A DNA stretch of 64,000 nt from Ruditapes philippinarum. Lineage: Eukaryota. The notes beneath the pieces are model-generated. The model was not told the origin of the DNA, did not search any database, and saw only the letters and a list, made by a program, of their open reading frames with translations. Both the position numbers and the translations under genes were made by a program. The DNA is taken from assembly GCF_026571515.1 (NCBI RefSeq), contig NW_026857783.1:50878-114877 (forward strand). Reading direction: 5' to 3'. Shown here piece by piece: positions 23,669-34,698 of this stretch (position 1 is the first letter of the stretch; every line of letters begins with the position of its first letter).

Positions 23669-23972
23669 ATGTGTCCTTTATACTTCATCCTTGCCGACGG
23701 GATATGTGTACCGCTATTCGCAAAACTACATAATGTGCATTACCTTATTTTACTGCAGGCAGATGTTGTATCTGCGTCGGGGAATTTCCACGACGAAGAA
23801 ATAGAAGTTGCTCTTCTAACAAGTGGGCTTGATAATATATTAAGTGAACAATTAGGTGATGCACTTTTAAAGTTCTCTATTTGGAAGGACGAGAATTCGC
23901 CTTTGAAGCGCCAGTTTTTTTGTAGTTATTACTGTAGCTGAAAATTGTGATAATGGAAGTTTTATAAACATT

Positions 23973-24716
23973 TTGAAATTTACACATGATATTATAAGAC
24001 ACAGTCATTATATCAATAAAGATATACAAGTATTGTTCAGCTTTAACTCTAAAGTAAGTTTAGAAGCTAACAGATTTAAACTGTCATTGAGTGGATTTCT
24101 AAGTCCTCTTCTAATTTCACGTACCAGTAAGCAGGTAAACATTAGTGACGAAATGGTAATGCCGTTATACATTTCACCATCATTTCTTTGCTTTAGGTTT
24201 ATGCTTAACATAAACGAAATAATAGAAGACTTTGGTTCATTAAGGTCATTTTACCTAAAAATGAAGGTGTCTAAAGTGAATTTTCAAGTTTCAAAAAATG
24301 GCGATTACTTCATGTGTTTACAAGAAGGCTTACAAAATGCCATCAGTGCAATGGATATATTTTCAAGAACTAACTCCTCAAATTATAAATTCATCTCAAA
24401 AACATCAGGAAAAATCCGAAATGATATATCACCAAAAGAAAGTAAAGAGAGAAGTGCAACTAATGATATCGATAAATCTCTAGTAGCAACTATTGCGACA
24501 GTTGCTATTGTTGCTTTTATTTTTATAATCAGACGTGTACTGAAACGACGTATGGCTGGACAAGTTGATACAAATCTTGTTGAATTTGCTAATGGTAGAA
24601 GTACTCAATGCACGGAATCGTTTGGTCTACCTTTGAGTGGGGAAAATGAGACTGCATTTAATGGTGGAGACTCGGCAGGAGCAGTGGTTAGACATGTAGA
24701 TGAAGAAAGACAATAA
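23973..24716 (+). CDS. Possible terminal exon encoding a membrane-proximal segment, one TM helix (LVATIATVAIVAFIFII), a basic stop-transfer (RRVLKRRM) and a ~60-aa cytoplasmic tail
   Basis: 247-codon ORF. A good acceptor (tttctttgctttag|g) lies near 24195 inside it. Whether it belongs with 17664-19058 (~5 kb upstream, same strand) cannot be decided from sequence. Confidence 0.3.
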   Translation: MKFTHDIIRHSHYINKDIQVLFSFNSKVSLEANRFKLSLSGFLSPLLISRTSKQVNISDEMVMPLYISPSFLCFRFMLNINEIIEDFGSLRSFYLKMKVSKVNFQVSKNGDYFMCLQEGLQNAISAMDIFSRTNSSNYKFISKTSGKIRNDISPKESKERSATNDIDKSLVATIATVAIVAFIFIIRRVLKRRMAGQVDTNLVEFANGRSTQCTESFGLPLSGENETAFNGGDSAGAVVRHVDEERQ

Positions 24717-25650
24717 GGAATGGTTGGATGATAAAGGCGCTGTTTCTTTAAGCAACACCACGAAAAATGTAGGTTAACAAGAAAACTAGACATTCTTCAC
24801 TCACATGTTTTGTAACTCATGATTATCTTGGACAGTCTCAATCAAACCGAGCTTGCAACATTCCTCATTTGTCATTTTGTTGTTTAATTTTTCTGTGTTA
24901 CACGCACATCATGTATGACAATGTTCATAAGTCTAGCATTTTTTCAAGAGTGATCTCCCCTTTAGTTTAAGAACTTCGCTTTTAAAAATGTTATATCTGG
25001 TGAGAACCAGGGATGCTTAAAGATTAACCATCAGAGTGTCTGTCCATCTGTCTGTCTGTTCTTTCCTAAACATTTTTTCATGAGATCACTTTTAAAGAAT
25101 TTGGAACCTTTCCAACATATTTATTTAAAATAGAGAAAAATTGAAACATTTGTTAAACATATTCATCCTGAAAAATTGTTATCTTTTGATAATTTGTTGT
25201 ATAAACATAATTTCCTTACTGGACAGCAATAATTAATACATTTCTATGATACAAACTATGAACTTAAATTTTTTTGAACGTCAAATTATTTAATTTTCAG
25301 TATTTTTTGTTGTAATTGACTTTAACCTGGTTATTAATATATATTGGATATCTTCATACTTGGACAAAACAACAGTGGCTCTTGTTATGATAAAATCTGT
25401 CAATAAAATTACTTACAAGTTTAAAAGTATGTCTGTGCTATATAATTCCAGAATCTCAAACCATTGAGAACAAAAGCTGTCCGTAAGACAGCGCGCTCGA
25501 CTTTTTTATTGCTTGCCAATAAAAAAAGTTTTTGCAGTAAAAGGCAATACAAGAATCTCTGTATTTTTAAAGTGAACAATGGCCATGAGCATTAAGATAT
25601 TTAGTGAAGAATTATTTTACTGAATTGTGTGATGTGAAATAGCATTAAAA

Positions 25651-26060
25651 GTTTCAAAGCAATATCTCAAAGGGTTAAGGCAATAAGTGGATTTTACCCA
25701 TATTCAATGTATTTTCTAAGTCAAAAAGGGGCATAATTCTGTCAAAAACCTTGACAGAGTTATGTCCTCTTGTCTGTTGATGAAGGTCGTGATGGTAAAC
25801 AAGTATGGTCAGTTTCAAAGCAATACCTCCAATGGTTTTGAAATAAAGTGAGGTGGTACAAAAAACTTAACCAAGCTCAATACACTTTCTAAGTCAAAAA
25901 AGGGCCATAATTCTGTCAAAAACCTTGACAGAGTTATGTACTCTTGTCTGTAGATGGAGGTTATGATGGTGAACAAGTATGGTAAGTTTCAAAGCCATAC
26001 TTGTAATACTTCTGAAATAAAGTGGGGTGGTACGAAAAACTTAACCAAGGTGTGACGCCA

Positions 26061-26091
<31 letters not shown>

Positions 26092-26138
26092 GGCGAGTAG
26101 GATAGCTCCCCTTTTCATAGAAAAGTCGAGCTAAAAAC
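25651..26138 (+). mobile_element. Pearl/HINE-type element: ~170-bp tandem core x2.5 (25651-26054), then (GACGCC)6 microsatellite (26055-26091), then hairpin tail ending 'gagctaaaaac'
   Basis: Core units 'tttcaaagc.ata...gtcaaaaaggggcataattctgtcaaaaaccttgacagagttatg..'. The tail 'agctcccctttt..aaaagtcgagctaaaaac' ends like 55351-55389 ('..ctcaggtgagcttaaaaac'). Confidence 0.7.
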
Positions 26139-26865
26139 ATGTAAAATCTTACGGGTAACTGTCATCATCATTATCATCATTTGTATCATCTTGTGATGGC
26201 ATCTGGATGTTTAGCTTTTTACAGATATTGTGTCACACAGCACATGCAATGACTACCCTTTAATAGACGTAGGACAATAGTTAAATGTAAAAAAAATCCC
26301 AAAAAGTCTGTCTTTGGTTTATCCTTACCTGATTTTTGAATTACAAAATTAACATAACTCATGACAGTTTTAAGTATTTTTCTTTTACAGTAACTAGATA
26401 AATATGTTCTTAATTTTTAGGTTTATAGTTGGTTGACATGCAATTTTAGTAACTACGGTTATATTGCTTACAACTGTTCATATACCATCATACTTAATGC
26501 AAAACATCAAATTCATTGTTAAAATTAAAAGATGCCCTTTCTTTGGGTGATTTTTTTTCTGCAAATAATAGTATTAATGTAAAGATAATTACTTTTGAGA
26601 AGGTATAAATTTAAGCATTTTGACTGGTATTTGTAGGGACCTTATTTACAGCATGTTGGTGATAGTTCTTAAATTCTAAATCTTGATCAATGGCCTATAA
26701 TTTTATGGTCAAAGTTATATAGACATTTTATATATTATATATTGATATTTTTTAAAGCTGTTTGTATATATAATGGAGGGTTTTATTGCCAAGAACCATT
26801 TATGTATGGGTTCATAACATTTCAACATTTTTACATCCAATATTTTTACAACCAATCCAGACCAT

Positions 26866-27027
26866 GCGTCCGCGAAGTCTGATCAGAATCCATGCCGTTC
26901 GCTTACAAACCCTATTACAAGTAGAGAAACTGATGGCGAACAGCATGGATCCTGATCAGACTGCGCGGATGCGTTGGCTGGGCACCCATTATGTTGGTTT
27001 TGTCATGGCGCGGCTCATATGTCGTAA
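26866..27027. mobile_element. Hairpin-MITE family copy (left arm truncated)
   Basis: Right arm '...ggatcctgatcagactgcgcggatgcgttggctgggcacccattatgttggttttgtcatggcgcggctca' is complete. ORF 26786-27049 is spurious. Confidence 0.75.
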
Positions 27028-27234
27028 TTTGATAAAGGCGTGTCCGTGAAGCATATTCTTAAACATTTATTTCGTAAATTAAGTAACTGTTTGAAGGCAT
27101 ATTATGCCTCAGAAATGATTTTATATCTATTTCTCTAATCCTTTATTTTTGGTGTTCTGTTTAATGTTTCTTAACAAGTACTCGTAGGCCAATTGCTGGA
27201 TGCTGCCTTTTGGCAATTAGTATTATTTTAATTT

Positions 27235-29010
27235 TAGTTCAAAGTTCAAATTTTATTTACAAATCAGCATTTTGTTTTTGCCAATACATACAAAACATAT
27301 ACATACATAGATCTTGAAATATAGCACACATAACTACAAGATACATATATAAACATTTCAAATATCAGTATTAAATTAACAAATAACAAAGTAGTGTTAA
27401 TAATATATCATTAATTTCGTCTATTTATCATTTGTTCCATGGTATTAGATCGTAAATCAAAAGCTTTTTCCAAGTACTTACTTATCAGTAATAATCTATG
27501 TTTATTATTAGATGACTTGATATAATAAAACTTATTCAGTGTGGGAAAAGATGCATTACGAATAAAAAGTTTTCTTAATTCTGAATAAAATGGACAACAA
27601 AGCAGGAAATGATATTCTGATTCTATCATGTTTCGACTACAAAGTTTACATATTCTCTCATTTCTGTTTAAACCTATATATCTGCCAGTTTCAATTTCTA
27701 GAGAATGGAAACCAAGTCTGAAACATGTCAAACGTTTTCTTAACTTGTCATTTTGTATCAATTTAGATATTCCTCAAAACAAAAATTTGATTTGAAATTT
27801 CTAAAATAAAAGAGTTTTGGCATGTTATTTATTTGCTCATGCCAATTTTGTATAATTGATCTCTAAGGCGTTGTTTAAAAATTAAGCTAAAATCAGAAAT
27901 AACATTATAGTTATGTAACAAATATGAAAATCCTAACTCATTAATAATAGTATGAGCTTGCCTAGCTCAGCATTTATTAACACATTGATCTAAATACATG
28001 CTATATATAGGCGAATGCTGATTATTAACAATTTTATTCCAAATCTTTAATGATCTTTCTTTACACAAAATTGACAAAGGAAATTTACCAAGTTCTCCAT
28101 AGACAGCACAATTAGGAGTTTGTTTTTAACACCAAGTACATACTTATAAAATTTTATTTTCAGTTTATCAATATCTTTATATTTATAAATTCCCCATACA
28201 TCTGAACCATATAACAGAATTGGAGTTATCAGACTATCAAAAAGGTGCAGTTTAGTTTTAACATCTAGCTTTATCTTGTCAAAAATACCCAATAGACTGT
28301 TATATGCTCTAAGGCCTTGCTCTGCAAGAGTCTTAGTTGCTTCAGAAAAGCTACCCGTATAAGAAAATTTTACACCTAAATATGAAAAATTATCAACAAT
28401 ATCTACAAACTGACCGTCAATATTTATACTAAAATTATGTACAGATTTTCTTCTTTCAAAAACACAAACTTTAGTTTTATTAACATTAATTTTAAGCCCC
28501 TATTTTGACGAATAACTATATACATTATCAACTTGAGCTTGCAAGCTCTCTGGACTTGTAGTGAAAAGCACGATATCGTCTGCAAAAAGTAGCAAATATT
28601 TAGACAAGAATTCAAGGTCACTATTCGACATTTTGTTAAGATCTATACATTTTTCAATATCATAAAAAAAGAATAAATAGCAGGGGAGATAATGGCTCTC
28701 CTTGCTTTAACCCAAGAGTTACGTCGAAAAATACTGACATATTCATAAAAGCATTAATTTTTACACATGACACTACTAAGACAAATATATTGCCTTTAAC
28801 ATATTTATCATTTTACAACTAATACCAGTATCTAACAGCTTAATCCATAACGCATCTCTTATAACTGTGTCAAAAGCCTTTTCATAATCAATGAAAATAC
28901 AATAGAGTTTAGAATTTTTGCTAAAACTTTCTGAATTATGGAATGAAGAATAAAAATAGCATCAGAGGTTGATCTCGAATCTCTAAAACCAAGCTGAATA
29001 TATAGTGATA
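27235..29010 (-). mobile_element. 5'-truncated CR1/L2-like LINE fragment (RT plus C-terminal zinc-knuckle), inserted into paralogous block B
   Basis: Minus-strand ORFs give RT motifs: 'SRSTSDAIFILHSIIQKVLAK' (28859-29080), 'LFDSLITPILLYGSDVWG' (28047-28292), and the tail 'LTCFRLGFHSLEIETGRYIGLNRNERICKLCSRNMIESEYHFLLCCPFYSELRKLF' (27411-27761). The 3' end on plus coordinates (27250-27330) carries an (atacata)-type microsatellite, as CR1-like elements do. The flanks 27040-27235 and 29010-29420 are contiguous in block A. Confidence 0.85.
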
Positions 29011-29714
29011 AAGTATTTGGTATGGAAGTCAACATACTATTTTGTTTACATTTTGCTACTTTTATGACAATTAATAACACTTAAAGTGTTACTTCTGCAG
29101 GTGAAATGCATATAACATGCTCTAAAACCGTTACTAGTATTTAAACATAACAAAACTCGTTTTTACTATTCTAAAGAATGAAAAATGTATTCCTTTCTGA
29201 GGCAAAAAGTGCCTTTAATAAAACAGAAATGAACGATACGATATACACTTTAATCTTTAATAAACTCTCCAAAATAGATAAAATTAAGCAGATGATTTAC
29301 TGTAAGATGCTATAAATCTTCGTTTGATTTCCAAACGAACGCGTGGTGTAGTAATTATACTGTCTGACCTCAAATCATAGGGCTGCAAGTATTTTTCTCT
29401 TCTACTTCACTTTAAATAACAAATATTTTAACTTTGTTGGTTTGCCGTGAAACCAAACAAACAAATTCAAATAATGTGATTTGTTCAATTAGTGATTACC
29501 TTCTTTATTTGTGAGAAGAAGCGCTCAATGAGTACGTTACCAGATGTGAGTATGGTGATCAGTGAATATTGTTCACAGGTTGAGTAGTTTGCATATGATG
29601 AGTATTATTCACTTTTTAACATTGTTTATGATGCAAAAAATGTTCAATCCATCATGTATATGTGGTGACGTTAAGTCACGGAAAGACAAGTGTTCAGTGA
29701 GCTTTTTCGTGAAA

Positions 29715-29931
29715 TGAGCTGCGTCATGACAAAACCAACATAGTGCGTTTGCGACCAGCATGGATCCAGACAAGCCTGCGCATCCACGCAGTCCGATCAG
29801 GATCCAAGCTGTTCGCTATCAGTCTCTCTACATGTAATGGGGTTGGTAAACGAACAGCATGGATCTTGATCAGACTGCGGGATCCATGCTGGTCGCAAAC
29901 GCACTATGTTGGTTTTGTCGTGACGCGGCTG
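29715..29931. mobile_element. Hairpin MITE, complete copy
   Basis: 'tgagctgcgtcatgacaaaaccaacatagtgcgtttgcgaccagcatggatccagac...' folds back on its rc '...ggatccatgctggtcgcaaacgcactatgttggttttgtcgtgacgcggctga', with arms ~100 bp. Both flanks read 'gaaatg'. ORF 29743-29967 is spurious. Confidence 0.85.
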
Positions 29932-30154
29932 AAATGCAGTTGTTTGTTGCAGCAGATACAGAAATAATGGCATTGCAGCAGAAACAACAAGTTCTTAACG
30001 CTGAGTATTGGAACTTGAAACTTGTAAACTTGTAGTCAGACAGCGTTTACAACTGCACGACAGCGTCAGAGTTGATCTTTGATGTTTGTTTATAATGAAT
30101 ATCACATTAATTTTCAACAGATTAGTTTAAATTTTAAAAGCTAAAAAGTTGATC

Positions 30155-30675
30155 TCTCCAGTACTGTGGCATAGAGGTGACATTGTCAATTTTATTTTAT
30201 CTCGTGGCCACGACTTATTATCTTGAGGCCTCAAGATATTATATCGTGACCACGACTTATTATCTCATGGCCACGACTTATTATCTCAAAATATTATCTC
30301 GTGGCCACGAGTTACTATCTTGTGGCCACGAGATAGTAAGTCGTGGTCACAAGATAATAAGTCGTGGCCACAATATAATAAGTCATGGCTACGAGATAAT
30401 TATGTCGTGGCCACGAGATAATAAGTCGTGGCCATAAGATAATAACTCGTGGCCACGAGATAATATCTTGAGGCCACAAGATAATAAGTCGTGGCCTCAA
30501 GATAATTACTCGTGGCCACAAGATAATAAGTCGTGGCCACGAGATAATAACTCGTGGCCACTAGATTATAAGTCGTGGCCACGAGATAATATCTGGAGGC
30601 CACAAGATAATAAGTCGTGGCCACGAGATAAAATATAACTGCAAATGTCACCTCTATGCCACCGTACTCCAGGGG
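30155..30675. mobile_element. Palindromic-minisatellite foldback/MITE: ~30-bp TIRs around a self-complementary array of 22-bp units
   Basis: TIRs are 'tctccagtactgtggcatagaggtgacatt' and 'aatgtcacctctatgccaccgtactccagg'. Inside, (tcgtggccacgacttattatc)n switches to its rc (gtcgtggccacgagataataa)n at a symmetry centre near 30335-30345, so the whole ~520 bp is one long hairpin. ORFs 30177-30693 on both strands (LVATTYYLVA..) are spurious. Confidence 0.85.
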
Positions 30676-32029
30676 CTCTCTTTTTACTGTCATTTCGTAA
30701 GTATTTTTGTATCTTTACGCGTACCTTTAAACTTCATAAAATCATAAGTGTATTCCACAAAACGTTTACTTTAGTTTTTTCTTAAATTTACGTTAAAATA
30801 GTTCGTAATCTTCAATGCAGGTTTTAAGAATTATTCAATAAGTGGCATTTTTGAAATATTTGATAAAATAAACTGTTCTATTAGACAATCAAACTTTATC
30901 AAACTAAACTTTAATATCGTAAGGTCATCTACGGACACCGAAGAATGTCACTGAGCCATTCGTATTTTTAGCGCCTGCTGTACCATCGGCCATCCATTAC
31001 ACAATGGGTTCTCTCGATTTCAAATAATGTATGCATAGAGTGGTAAAAAGAACCAATAGCTTTTATATTTTGAAAATATTTAGGGGATATTTATGGTGGC
31101 TGATTTGTGCCATTCGTTTTTTCGCCTGCGTTTCCGCCATGGAAAAGTAAAAATGGCGGGGCGCGGAGCGAAAACACGCTAATCAATCGGAACATCCTTG
31201 GCTATTATCTATAAATAACCTCAGAAACAATACGGATTGAAAGTAGTTCTACCACGTATAATAATGTACTGTTTGCTTTTGTGTCTATGAATTCACTTAT
31301 TTTAGGTGGACTTCTAATACATATTTTGAAAATCAATTTGTCAATAACTCCCATCATTAAAATAATATTTGTTTACATGCGTAGGTAAGACCAAAATACC
31401 GCATCCGTTCTTTGTATTAATTCATACCATTGTGTTCGAGGTCCTTAATCGAAGAATGACGAAAAGGGCCGAAAATTTGCGATTTCACTTAAATAAGTGC
31501 GCACGCGGGGGAGATTAAAACATTCACCGTCGCCTCACGGAGCGAAAAGCAACTAATGTGATGTAGATATTCAAAAAGCTATATCAATAAATAAATACCC
31601 TTGAAATCAACTAAAAAGTACTACCTGCAAATATTGTTTATAGTTAACTTTTTAGTATTTGGAAAAATTGAACTTTTGGAAGCATCAGTGATCATTGTCA
31701 ACAATCTCATCTAAAATAATACTATATATATATATATATATATATCCAGAATACGAACCAAATACAACGATCCGTTAGCGGCGCATTTTTATACGAACGA
31801 CCACACAGTAAATGATTTTTCAATAATGGGGCTTGAAAAGCTATACGGGAATGAACAATACAGAAAAACAATAGAAAATTTGTGGAAAAATAAATTAAGA
31901 ACCTATAGACCGTATGGAGTTAATACAAAAGAATAACGCGGCAGACGGCAACCAACGCCACGGCGGGCGTCGTTCATTGACGTTACGTCACTTCCATTGT
32001 TTTGTTTTGATATATTTGTATATAGGGTT

Positions 32030-32160
32030 AACGCACGTTTTTCCGTGTTATAACGTCTGCAGAGTCCCGAGGAACGGTTGGTGCCCGAGCCCGGTAGGGC
32101 GAGGGCTCCAACAGTTCCGAGGGACTCTGCAGACTTTATAACACGAAATAAACGTGCGTT
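32030..32160. other. GC-rich ~130-bp near-perfect hairpin (nested inverted repeats)
   Basis: 'cgtgttataacgtctgcagagtcccgagg' pairs with 'cgagggactctgcagactttataacacg', and the inner 'ggaacggttgg' with 'ccaacagttcc'. Both-strand ORFs 31903-32220 reflect the palindrome. Candidate small MITE or structured RNA precursor. Confidence 0.5.
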
Positions 32161-33394
32161 GACGCTATTATAGCATAAAATTTTCAAACAGATTCGTGAT
32201 GTATAGTTTATACAAAACACAATTGCATTAAATTCTTGTGCTTGGACGGTATTTATCCAATTCTATGTTTTACGTATGCGTTTCATTTTTCCGGGGCCAA
32301 CAACTTGGAAAATTCTCGGAACCGAACGAAATTTTGAATTTTAATTTATTTAACAAAGCTTGGCCTTTGGAGATTTATTATCTCAAGAAAAAAACGTTAC
32401 ATTACTCTACCCTCTACCCAAGACAAAACATGACCCTCAGAAATTCTTAGAGTGATTTCAGATTGACGGTAGAAAAAAGATCAGTGACATCAGAATCGGT
32501 TATTTTTTTCAAGCAAACCAGTTTATAACAAAATCAGGCACTAAGCATTATTCTCTCAAAGAAATATAATGAGCATTTATCAACATTAACATAAATAAAA
32601 AACATATTCTCATATCAATTTTGTGTTATCTAGTTTTGTAAGTTAATCGGAGTGTTAAACTGAATGACAGGTAGATTCTTCTGTATTTGTTTACATTGAC
32701 AACTGTCCGTTTCTTAGAAAGGGCGACAACCAAGATTTAGCACCGATGTCTATACGCCGTTTTTCCGGCATAGTTACTGGAATATGCAACTGAGGCCCTC
32801 GAATCAATAAATTTCAATTTAACAAGAGCGCATGGCTCTTCGGCAAACAGGCCAAATCGTCATTTTTTGTTTGTTTGTTTACTGGGCCCTGTATGTATTG
32901 CGCATAGGTGAAACCGGGCTATATAACAAGAGCGCGTGACTATGTTAACACATGGTTTTGGTCCCGTTATAACATGGGCAAAAGAGGGAAAAATAGCCGA
33001 TTTTATGCTATAATGTGAAATAAATGCTGCTGAAGAAGGCCGCAAGGCCGAAAGCTACGGCAATTTTAAATTAGCGTTTTTGCTTATATACGGCAAGTTA
33101 GAGATTTTACTTGTTTCTGAAAGTACTATTTCTCAAGGATGAACATAGTATAGTTTATATTATAGTCTATATAAGTATGAATTCCTTTTTTACAATTGTG
33201 TATTTTTATTTTGAATAACCAACCATATCTATTATCATCTTTCAATGCAACAAAATAAAAAATGTATATTACAGAACTTTAATTGCTTATTTACAACAGA
33301 AAAAACATACATAAATACAAATAATCAATCCTGATATGGCTATTAAAAATGGAAATAAATTTGTTAACTTTCCTAAAAAATATCTAAAAAATGG

Positions 33395-33520
33395 GAGTGA
33401 AACATCCATATATTTGACAAATTAGGGGTGAAACGTCTAGGTGCGAACCGTCTTGGGAGTGAAACGTCTCAATAGTGAAATGTCTTGGGAGTGAAACGTC
33501 TCACATTCCTTATTCACGCA
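33395..33520. repeat. Minisatellite (gggagtgaaacgtct-like, ~20-25-bp period, ~5 copies)
   Basis: ggagtgaaacatcc, gggtgaaacgtcta, gggagtgaaacgtctc, agtgaaatgtct, gggagtgaaacgtctc. Confidence 0.7.
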
Positions 33521-33521
33521 C

Positions 33522-34055
33522 ATTCTAAGGCAAACTCCTCACAGCGGTTACGTCACGCTTTGCTACTTTAACCACTGCCACGACTGAAATCACGTGATGA
33601 TAGTTGTATCATGTGACAAAAACATGGCGGCCAGTTTCAGAACGCCAGGGATCCCATATCAAACTGGCAGATTTATAATTACATCCTTTCCAGACAAAAT
33701 AAGTTCAAGACACACAATTTGTTATCACTTTAAAACAAGTGCCGGATCAAATCTTTTTGTGCAATCGTTCAATAACTGTTTATATTCTGCCATTGTTTAC
33801 TATGCATACGGTGTCACAGTGAAAATATCTTTCGTTATGTTTACAAAATAATTTTTATACGTATATTTTTTTACTTTCTTGTACATTAAGCATAACTATT
33901 TAACGAAAGAAAACTAAAATGTTATAAAGTATTCTATTTTAAAATTAAAAGTGAAAAAAATATATCCGGCTATATTCGACCGAATTTACTTGTGGTGACA
34001 GTGGTTACTGTACAGATCAGGGGAAGTAACCGCTGCGAGGAGTTTGATTCTAAGG
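33522..34055. mobile_element. 516-bp non-autonomous DNA transposon (MITE), 33531-34046, with 21-bp TIRs and a perfect 9-bp target-site duplication 'attctaagg'
   Basis: Left TIR 33531-33551 'caaactcctcacagcggttac'. Right TIR 34026-34046 'gtaaccgctgcgaggagtttg' (1 mismatch). Direct repeats 'attctaagg' at 33522-33530 and 34047-34055. Internal ORF 33594-33851 has no recognisable domain. Confidence 0.85.
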
Positions 34056-34367
34056 CTCTTGTCTGATACGCATCGGGAACCAGTCGGTTGAAAACAAATT
34101 GGTTCTCTTTTAAAAATTTATCGACTGCTGGCGTAGTAACATTAAAAATGTGTTTAGCAAGAATATATGTAATTTTGTAAAAGAAGGATTGAAATTCTAG
34201 TAGTTAATTGGTCAGTAAGTTTTAAAGTAGAAAGGGTAATTGTGTTTCCCTGAATATCATGACAAAGTATTGGACCTATTTTGCCTAATGTAGTCGAGAT
34301 GTGTTAAAACCAAATCATAATTCCATTGGGTCACTCGCTTGCGCTAGACGCCCCAAAACGGATAACA

Positions 34368-34698
34368 ATGCAAAAATCGAGTGTCTATGTTGCATTGCTC
34401 AGTGTTTCTATTTTGCTTATTGGAAGCGGAATTTTAGTGTATCTACTGTCAAATAAGAATAACACATGCCAATGTAATATTCCAGACAGGTGTTTTATTA
34501 ATGCGACGACAAATTCCCTTGAGCAGACGACAAATTCTCGTGATCAGACAACAAATTCTCAGAATCTCACGTTACCTACTTTCACGACGAATTTTCAAAA
34601 AATCACTTCTGCTGTAACTACGCCGAAGGAATCAGTGCATGTTGGAACAAGTTTGGCGACAACTTCGTCTCCACTTAACACAACAACAGAAATACCAG
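34368..34698 (+). CDS. C-type lectin gene, exon 1: short cytoplasmic N-terminus, signal-anchor TM (VYVALLSVSILLIGSGILVYLL) and a Thr/Ser/Asn-rich stalk
   Basis: ATG at 34368 inside ORF 34326-34739. Weak donor CCAG|GTTTGA gives phase 1, which joins exactly to exon 2. The stalk has three (Q)TTNS(R/Q) repeats. Confidence 0.6.

Noticed and set aside
23253-23941. ORFs 23253-23435 and 23534-23941
   Set aside because: They are translations of the inverted 'gcgttataacg' minisatellite arm (FALFRIISVRVIT...). They are not genes.
30180-30650. Very regular 22-bp direct repeats, superficially CRISPR-like
   Set aside because: There are no unique spacers: the repeats abut each other and reverse orientation mid-array. 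The context is eukaryotic (spliced genes, LINEs). It is a palindromic minisatellite/foldback, not a CRISPR array.
31903-32220. Overlapping ORFs on both strands (105 aa and 75 aa)
   Set aside because: Both arise from the GC-rich palindrome (the hairpin reads open in both directions). There is no coding evidence.
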